DNA from: Candidatus Omnitrophota bacterium | Lineage (GTDB): Bacteria > Omnitrophota > Omnitrophia > Omnitrophales > Aquincolibacteriaceae | Direction: 5' to 3' | Assembly (NCBI GenBank): GCA_030698625.1 | Contig: JAUYMS010000028.1 | Span: 3,854 to 67,853 of the forward strand | Length of the DNA stretch: 64,000 bases | Shown here: piece by piece, positions 58,578 to 64,000 of the stretch | How positions within the stretch are numbered: position 1 is the first letter of the stretch | How the letters are laid out: the number at the start of each line of letters is the position of its first letter | The notes under the pieces: generated by a model | What the model saw: only the letters and a program-made list of their open reading frames with translations | What the model was told of the DNA's origin: nothing | Database searches by the model: none | Made by a program: the position numbers and the translations under genes

Positions 58578-59426
58578 ATGACAAACAGTCAAGAAAAACG
58601 CTTTACCGATAAGGTCGTCGCAGTTACGGGTAGTGCTCGAGGCATCGGTAAGAACATTGCGGCTGCATTTGCCGGAGAAGGCGCCTTTGTTTTTATTTGC
58701 GATATAAACACGGAAATGGGGAAGGCGACCGAAGACGAGTTTCGCAATCGCGGTCTGGCCTGTGAGTACCTGAAAGTGGATTTAGCCAAGAGCGGTGCTG
58801 CGGCAAAAATGGTGCAAGAGATCGTAAAGCGGAAAGGCTGTTTGGATGTGCTCGTCAACAATGCGCGCTCACGGCATCGTGTTTCGATGCTGGAAGAGAC
58901 CGAAGAATCCTGGGAGCAAGGGATGGCCGTTACCCTCAAAGGGGCATTTTTCGCCTCCCAGGAAGCGATCCGGGTCATGTCCGAAAGGTCCGGCGGCAGC
59001 ATTGTCAACATCAGCTCGGTGATGGCGGAAATGACATGCCATGAATCGCCCGTTTATCACATTGCGAAGGCCGGCGTGTCGCATATGACCCGTTACTTTG
59101 CAACTCATGGATCACCGCTGGGCGTGCGCGTCAATGCGGTTGTGCCGGGTTTCATCGTCCAGGACGAAAATCGCGAACGTTACGCCGGAACAGATAACAA
59201 AAGTTACCGGGAGGTCGGCGAATTCACGCATCCGGTGCGCACCGTAGGCAAATCGGATGATGTCGCTTACGCCGTGCTTTTCCTTGCCTCGACCGAGTCG
59301 TGTTTTATCACGGGGCAATGCCTCGTCGTCGACGGCGGCGCGACATTGCAGGAACAAAACAGCTTGATACATCGGTTTTCAAAAACGGGGCATGAGGGAC
59401 TTGAGAAGGCGGGCAAACGCATATGA
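58578..59426 (+). CDS. Classical SDR oxidoreductase
   Basis: TGSARGIG, VNNA, YHIAK, VDGG. Confidence 0.88.
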   Translation: MTNSQEKRFTDKVVAVTGSARGIGKNIAAAFAGEGAFVFICDINTEMGKATEDEFRNRGLACEYLKVDLAKSGAAAKMVQEIVKRKGCLDVLVNNARSRHRVSMLEETEESWEQGMAVTLKGAFFASQEAIRVMSERSGGSIVNISSVMAEMTCHESPVYHIAKAGVSHMTRYFATHGSPLGVRVNAVVPGFIVQDENRERYAGTDNKSYREVGEFTHPVRTVGKSDDVAYAVLFLASTESCFITGQCLVVDGGATLQEQNSLIHRFSKTGHEGLEKAGKRI

Positions 59427-60106
59427 CGGAAACGGGCAGCAAAATCGGACGTGAAATTAATTTGATGGACCGGTATCCGAGAAGTAAGCGGCCGATCGAC
59501 GAGCGGGCAATGCTAATCACCGAAGAGCATCGAAAGATAGCTCGCCGCTTTGAAAAGGATTTTTTCGACGGCGACCGCCTCTATGGATATGGAGGATATC
59601 GTTACCACCCGCGTTTTTGGAAGGAAACCGTGATGCGCTTCCGCGACTTTTACGGTTTGAAGCCCGATGCGGCGGTACTGGACGTGGGATGCGGTAAAGG
59701 CTTTATGCTCCATGATTTTAAGGAGTTGATGCCCGATATGACGGTTGCGGGAATTGATGTTTCGGAATACGCCATCGAGAATGCGATGGAGACGATGAAG
59801 CCGTATGTGCGTGTGGGGAATGCTAAAGACTTGCCTTACGAAGAAAACTCCTTTGATTTGGTGATTTCGATTAATACGGTGCACAACCTGCCGCCGGAGG
59901 AATGTAAGCGATCGCTCAGGGAGCTCGCGAGAGTATCACGTGCCCATGCATTTATCATTGTCGATGCTTGGAGAAATGACGCCGAGAGAGACAGCATGAT
60001 GAAGTGGAATTTGACGGCACTTACCTACAGCCATGCCGATGACTGGAAGAAACTCTTCCGAGAGGCCGGATACGGCGGCGATTATTATTGGTTTATCGCC
60101 GAATGA
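59423..60106 (+). CDS. Class I SAM methyltransferase
   Basis: LDVGCGKG, FDLVISINTVH, GYGGY. Confidence 0.88.
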   Translation: MTETGSKIGREINLMDRYPRSKRPIDERAMLITEEHRKIARRFEKDFFDGDRLYGYGGYRYHPRFWKETVMRFRDFYGLKPDAAVLDVGCGKGFMLHDFKELMPDMTVAGIDVSEYAIENAMETMKPYVRVGNAKDLPYEENSFDLVISINTVHNLPPEECKRSLRELARVSRAHAFIIVDAWRNDAERDSMMKWNLTALTYSHADDWKKLFREAGYGGDYYWFIAE

Positions 60107-60116
60107 GCCGAGGAAA

Positions 60117-61937
60117 ATGACACAAACTACAGCAAATCCCAATATTTCGCACGAGGCACTCAAGGCTTACGGAGAGTTTATAGCCGGGCTCAAGATCCGC
60201 AGGCCCAAAGAGCTTGTTCTCATCAATCCGCAGCTTGTGCCGGAGGGGGCATTTGATCCGCTTGTGGCCCGTAACCGGGGCTATTATGCGTTCCCGCCGG
60301 TAGGCCTGTTATATATCGCGGCAGTTGCCAAGAAGGTGCACCCAGAACTCAAGGTGCGCATCGTCGATCTTAATCTTGAAGTCTTGCGCCGCGCTCAGCG
60401 GGACGATTTTCGCTATGATGTTTGGAAGGACATCATTGCCGATGTCTTGAATTCCTGTGAGGCCCCTCATGTGGGAGTGACATGCATGTTCGGTGCCACG
60501 AAACCCATATTTCTTGAAGTGACACGCTGGTTACGCGAAGAATTCCCCGACTATCCGATTTTAGCCGGGGGTGTTCAGGCGACCTACGATGCGGTCGAGC
60601 TTTTGGAAAGTAATTGCTGTGATCTTCTGTTTCGGAGAGAGGCCGAAGACCAGTTCTTAAATTATATGCTGAATTTACTCGGTGATGATTCGGTATTTCC
60701 TGTTGGGGCGCTCTTTCGCTTCGACGGAAAGACGTATGAACTCGGCCGTGCCGAGGGGGATCCTCCCGTCGACTGGGATATCAGTGAGTTCTACGAAATG
60801 ATTGATGTGAAGGACTATTACCTGTACGGATCGTTGGCAGCGTTTTCCCGGTATAACGGAGAAGACAAACCGTTCGCTACGGTGCTGACCAATCGGGGAT
60901 GTCGTGCCCGCTGTACTTTTTGCACGGTTCGCGATTTTAACGGGTTTGGTGTCCGCGGACGTCCTATCCAAAGTGTCATCGACGAAATAAAATTTCTTGT
61001 ATCCGAGAAGGGTGTAAAGCAGATTGACTGGTTGGATGATGATTTGCTTTGGGATCCGGCACGGGCCGTTGAACTCTTCAAAGGGTTAGCTGAACAGGTT
61101 CCCGGACTGGAATGGATCTGTAATAACGGGTTGATTTCGGCCGCGGTTACCGACGAGATCATGGAGTGGATGGTCAAATCAGGCCTCAGAGCATTTAAGA
61201 TTGGAATCGAATCGGGTAATGATGAGATGCTGCATAAGATCAAGAAGCCCACGACGAAGGTGAAGCTGCGGCAAGGGCGAGCCTTGTATAGAAAATACCC
61301 TGAGGTATTTGTGAGTGCCAACTTGATCGTGGGATTTCCGAATGAAACATTTTCGCAGATGCTCGACACATTCAATTTTGCCAATGAACTGAAATGGGAT
61401 TGGTCAAGTTTTTACATTTGCCAGCCGCTGAAGGGCACTGAGATGTTTTCCGCATTTCAGGCATTAGGAGATGACCGTACCGAGGTCGAAAGTTATGACA
61501 AGACGCTCAACCCGGGCCGCGCGGCGGCCCGAGGCGAATTCGGATACCGTTTCAAGGAGGGGGGAGAGGTGGTGGCGACCGGACGTGATGTGTTTAAGCT
61601 GCCGCCGGACTTGATCCCGAGCCAAGAGCAAAACAAGGAGATTTGGTTTGCGTTCAACTTGGTTGCCAATTTTTTGGAAAACTTCAATTTCGGGCCGGGG
61701 GGGAATCCAAAAAAAATCGTCAAATGGTTAGAGTCGATTGCTCATGCCTATCCGTACGATGCGTCGATGTGTGCCGGATTGGCGAAGGGTTATAGCCTCC
61801 TGGGCCGCGTGGATCGCGAGCGGTTTTACCGCGAAAAATTTATCGAGATCCTTCGGGAGTCGTCTTATTGGCAGAAGCGGACCAAGGAATTTCCGGAGCT
61901 TCTTGAAATGGCGGATGTGCCCGCGGTGATGTTGTGA
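60117..61937 (+). CDS. B12-binding-domain radical SAM protein
   Basis: PPVGLLYIA, GGVQAT, NRGCRARCTFC, GIESG, PLKGT. Confidence 0.88.
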   Translation: MTQTTANPNISHEALKAYGEFIAGLKIRRPKELVLINPQLVPEGAFDPLVARNRGYYAFPPVGLLYIAAVAKKVHPELKVRIVDLNLEVLRRAQRDDFRYDVWKDIIADVLNSCEAPHVGVTCMFGATKPIFLEVTRWLREEFPDYPILAGGVQATYDAVELLESNCCDLLFRREAEDQFLNYMLNLLGDDSVFPVGALFRFDGKTYELGRAEGDPPVDWDISEFYEMIDVKDYYLYGSLAAFSRYNGEDKPFATVLTNRGCRARCTFCTVRDFNGFGVRGRPIQSVIDEIKFLVSEKGVKQIDWLDDDLLWDPARAVELFKGLAEQVPGLEWICNNGLISAAVTDEIMEWMVKSGLRAFKIGIESGNDEMLHKIKKPTTKVKLRQGRALYRKYPEVFVSANLIVGFPNETFSQMLDTFNFANELKWDWSSFYICQPLKGTEMFSAFQALGDDRTEVESYDKTLNPGRAAARGEFGYRFKEGGEVVATGRDVFKLPPDLIPSQEQNKEIWFAFNLVANFLENFNFGPGGNPKKIVKWLESIAHAYPYDASMCAGLAKGYSLLGRVDRERFYREKFIEILRESSYWQKRTKEFPELLEMADVPAVML

Positions 61938-62830
61938 CGGTAAAACATTTAGGCCGCATCGCGGTCATTGGGGCATCGGGACTGATCGGGAGCGCCGTGA
62001 TGCGGTATTTCGAAGGGCGCCGAGGAGTCGACGCCAGCGGGTACTCATCAACGGATATTGACCTGCGTAAAGCGGAGAGCGTAGAGATCCTCGGGCGACT
62101 TGCGGATGAGGATACGACGCTGCTTATCGTTTCCGGCGTAATTTCAGATAAGAGCGGTGACCATGTCGCCAATTTTGCGGCCAACGTAGAAATGGCCGTC
62201 CATGTGGCGAGTTTTCTGGAGAACCACCGGGTGCGCAAATGCGTTTATTTCGGCGCCTTTTCCGTTTACGGTGATCATCAAACGAACCTGGCGATAGACG
62301 AACAGACGGCGGTGTCTCCTTCGACCTATTATGCCTTGGGCAAATACGCGTCTGAGCGCTTGATTCAGAATGCGGCTCAAAACAGCGGAAGTCCTTTCCT
62401 GGGATTACGGATTTCACGCGTGTACGGCCCCGGAGTTCAATATGCCAGTTACGGACCGGCTGCCTTTATTCGATCGATTCTGGAGTCCGGGAGAGTTCAG
62501 ATATACGGTCAGGGGGAAGAGACGCGGGAGATGGTTTACTTGGACGATCTCTGCAGGGCTGTCGGCGGATTGTTGGAAGCCGATGGCGCTGGGATCTATA
62601 ATCTAACAAGCGGCAAGAGTCCAAACTTTTCACGTGTCCTGGAAATCATAAGAGACATCATTCCTGATCCCTTTGATGTGGAGAGCGTAAACAGGACACG
62701 CCCTCTTGTGGACCAGCGCTGTAGCGGCGAGAAGTTGAATTCTATAATGCCGAATTTCAGGTGGACATCTTTCGAGGATGGTTTGAAGGCGACTTATGAC
62801 TATTATGCGGGGATCCGTCATGTCGCGTGA
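61934..62830 (+). CDS. NAD-dependent epimerase/dehydratase
   Basis: GASGLIG, YALGK, VYGPG. Confidence 0.82.
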   Translation: MTVKHLGRIAVIGASGLIGSAVMRYFEGRRGVDASGYSSTDIDLRKAESVEILGRLADEDTTLLIVSGVISDKSGDHVANFAANVEMAVHVASFLENHRVRKCVYFGAFSVYGDHQTNLAIDEQTAVSPSTYYALGKYASERLIQNAAQNSGSPFLGLRISRVYGPGVQYASYGPAAFIRSILESGRVQIYGQGEETREMVYLDDLCRAVGGLLEADGAGIYNLTSGKSPNFSRVLEIIRDIIPDPFDVESVNRTRPLVDQRCSGEKLNSIMPNFRWTSFEDGLKATYDYYAGIRHVA

Positions 62831-63860
62831 AACAAAGGCCGCAGTATTATGTGAACTGGGGAAACCTTTGCAGTTGATGTCGCTTACACTTCCCTCGTTG
62901 AAGCCGGGGCAGGTTCTCGTCGAGATGGCTTACAGCGGCGTATGTCACACACAGCTTCTGGAGGCTCGCGGAAGGCGAGGGCTGGATCCGCATTTGCCGC
63001 ATACTCTGGGACATGAGGGCGCGGGAACGGTGTGTGAAATCGGGCCTGGGGTCGAGAAGGTGAAGCCCGGTGACCGCGTAGTCCTGACTTGGATTAAAGG
63101 GCAAGGACAGGATGTGCCGTCCACCCAGTATAAAAGTGACATGGGACGCGTGAATTCAGGCGCCATCAGTACATTTATGCGCCATACTGTTACGTGCGAA
63201 AATCGGCTGATTCCGATTCCGGAGACAATGCCGCTCAGGGAAGCTGCGCTGCTTGGCTGTGCCGTTCCCACCGGCAGCGGCATTATTCACAATGCGGCGC
63301 AGGTAAACAGTGGCAGCACGATCGCCGTTTTTGGAATCGGCGGTATCGGATTAAGCGTCATTCTGGCGGCAAAGGCAACTGCTCCTAAAATGCTGATTGC
63401 CGTCGATGTAGTCGACGCGAAGCTTCGGCATGCGACACAACTCGGGGCAACGCATGAAATTAATGCCGCCAAGGTTGAGGCGTTGGCGGTCCTGCGGGAA
63501 CTCACCGGAGGGCGGGGCGTCGACTATGCGATCGAAGCGGCCGGCCGGCGCGTGACAATGGAAACAGCCTTCTCTTCGGTAAGGGAGCAGGGCGGTTTAT
63601 GTGTTATTGCCGGAAATCTTCCGCACGGGGAACGGATATCGATTGACCCCTTTGATCTCATTAAGGGCAAGCGGGTGATCGGAACCTGGGGAGGGGAAAC
63701 CTCTCCGGATCGGGACATTCCGAAGTACGTTGAGCGTTATCTGGCGCGGGAATTAGATCTGGAATCACTCATTACCCATGAGTATTCGTTAGATCAAGCC
63801 AATCAGGCCCTAGACGATCTCGAAGAGGGAAAGGTCGGGCGGGGAATAATTAAATTTTAG
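62820..63860 (+). CDS. Zn-dependent alcohol dehydrogenase (MDR) lacking the structural-Zn Cys cluster
   Basis: GVCHT, GHEG, GCAVPTG, GIGGIG. Confidence 0.88.
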   Translation: MSRETKAAVLCELGKPLQLMSLTLPSLKPGQVLVEMAYSGVCHTQLLEARGRRGLDPHLPHTLGHEGAGTVCEIGPGVEKVKPGDRVVLTWIKGQGQDVPSTQYKSDMGRVNSGAISTFMRHTVTCENRLIPIPETMPLREAALLGCAVPTGSGIIHNAAQVNSGSTIAVFGIGGIGLSVILAAKATAPKMLIAVDVVDAKLRHATQLGATHEINAAKVEALAVLRELTGGRGVDYAIEAAGRRVTMETAFSSVREQGGLCVIAGNLPHGERISIDPFDLIKGKRVIGTWGGETSPDRDIPKYVERYLARELDLESLITHEYSLDQANQALDDLEEGKVGRGIIKF

Positions 63861-63873
63861 GCGGATATTGTTT

Positions 63874-64000
63874 GTGACTTATCAATCGAGTCCAGAAATT
63901 TCTTTTATAGTTCCGTGTTACAACGAAGCGGGTAATATTGCTTCGACGCTGGAAACAATTATGACATTCATGAAAGATCATGATTGTTTGTATGAAATCC
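63874..64000 (+). CDS. Glycosyltransferase family 2, N-terminus (3'-truncated by the window; not in ORF track)
   Basis: GTG start gives MTYQSSPEISFIVPCYNEAGNIASTL...YEI, open to the window end. Confidence 0.8.
   Translation, partial: MTYQSSPEISFIVPCYNEAGNIASTLETIMTFMKDHDCLYEI

Noticed and set aside
6366-62820. Long N-terminal extensions in the ORF track (e.g. 6366, 9142, 14300, 26363, 31375, 48011, 52223, 57533, 58317, 60033)
   Set aside because: They run deep into upstream genes; downstream starts with an RBS or stop/start coupling match the domain boundaries better
1-64000. rRNA, tRNA, IS elements, strong intrinsic terminators
   Set aside because: The window is almost fully protein-coding and none were recognisable by eye in the short intergenic gaps; a covariance-model scan was not possible

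Overview
The window is one continuous, very large bacterial cell-surface glycan biosynthesis locus of about 58 genes, mostly on the + strand and often translationally coupled, and it continues past both window edges. I saw no rRNA, tRNA, CRISPR array, transposase or integrase. Main modules: (1) polyprenol-dependent membrane glycosylation genes (GT2s, two YfhO-like and two ArnT/PMT-like GT-C proteins, three SGNH proteins, a Wzx flippase); (2) an eight-gene block at 10.2-17.3 kb whose family make-up matches the GDP-octose arm of lincosamide biosynthesis (transaldolase, SIS isomerase, GHMP kinase, GmhB phosphatase, nucleotidyltransferase, epimerase, Cys-less UDP-glucose-dehydrogenase homolog, Gfo/Idh/MocA); (3) a pseudaminic acid operon (pseB, pseC, pseG-GNAT, pseI, SpsF-like) led by a small HTH regulator with helically phased TGACA repeats, and carrying an FkbH/ACP/MaoC-SDR acyl module and a HisH/HisF/amidotransferase acetamidino module; (4) a second sugar module with a domain-swapped HldE, SIS, TPP E1 alpha/beta, LhgO, two DegT aminotransferases, SDRs and a B12 radical SAM enzyme. 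Two CDSs absent from the ORF track were found: a 34-aa coupled membrane peptide and a partial GT2 at the right edge. All functional calls come from motif reading by eye; no database search was run.
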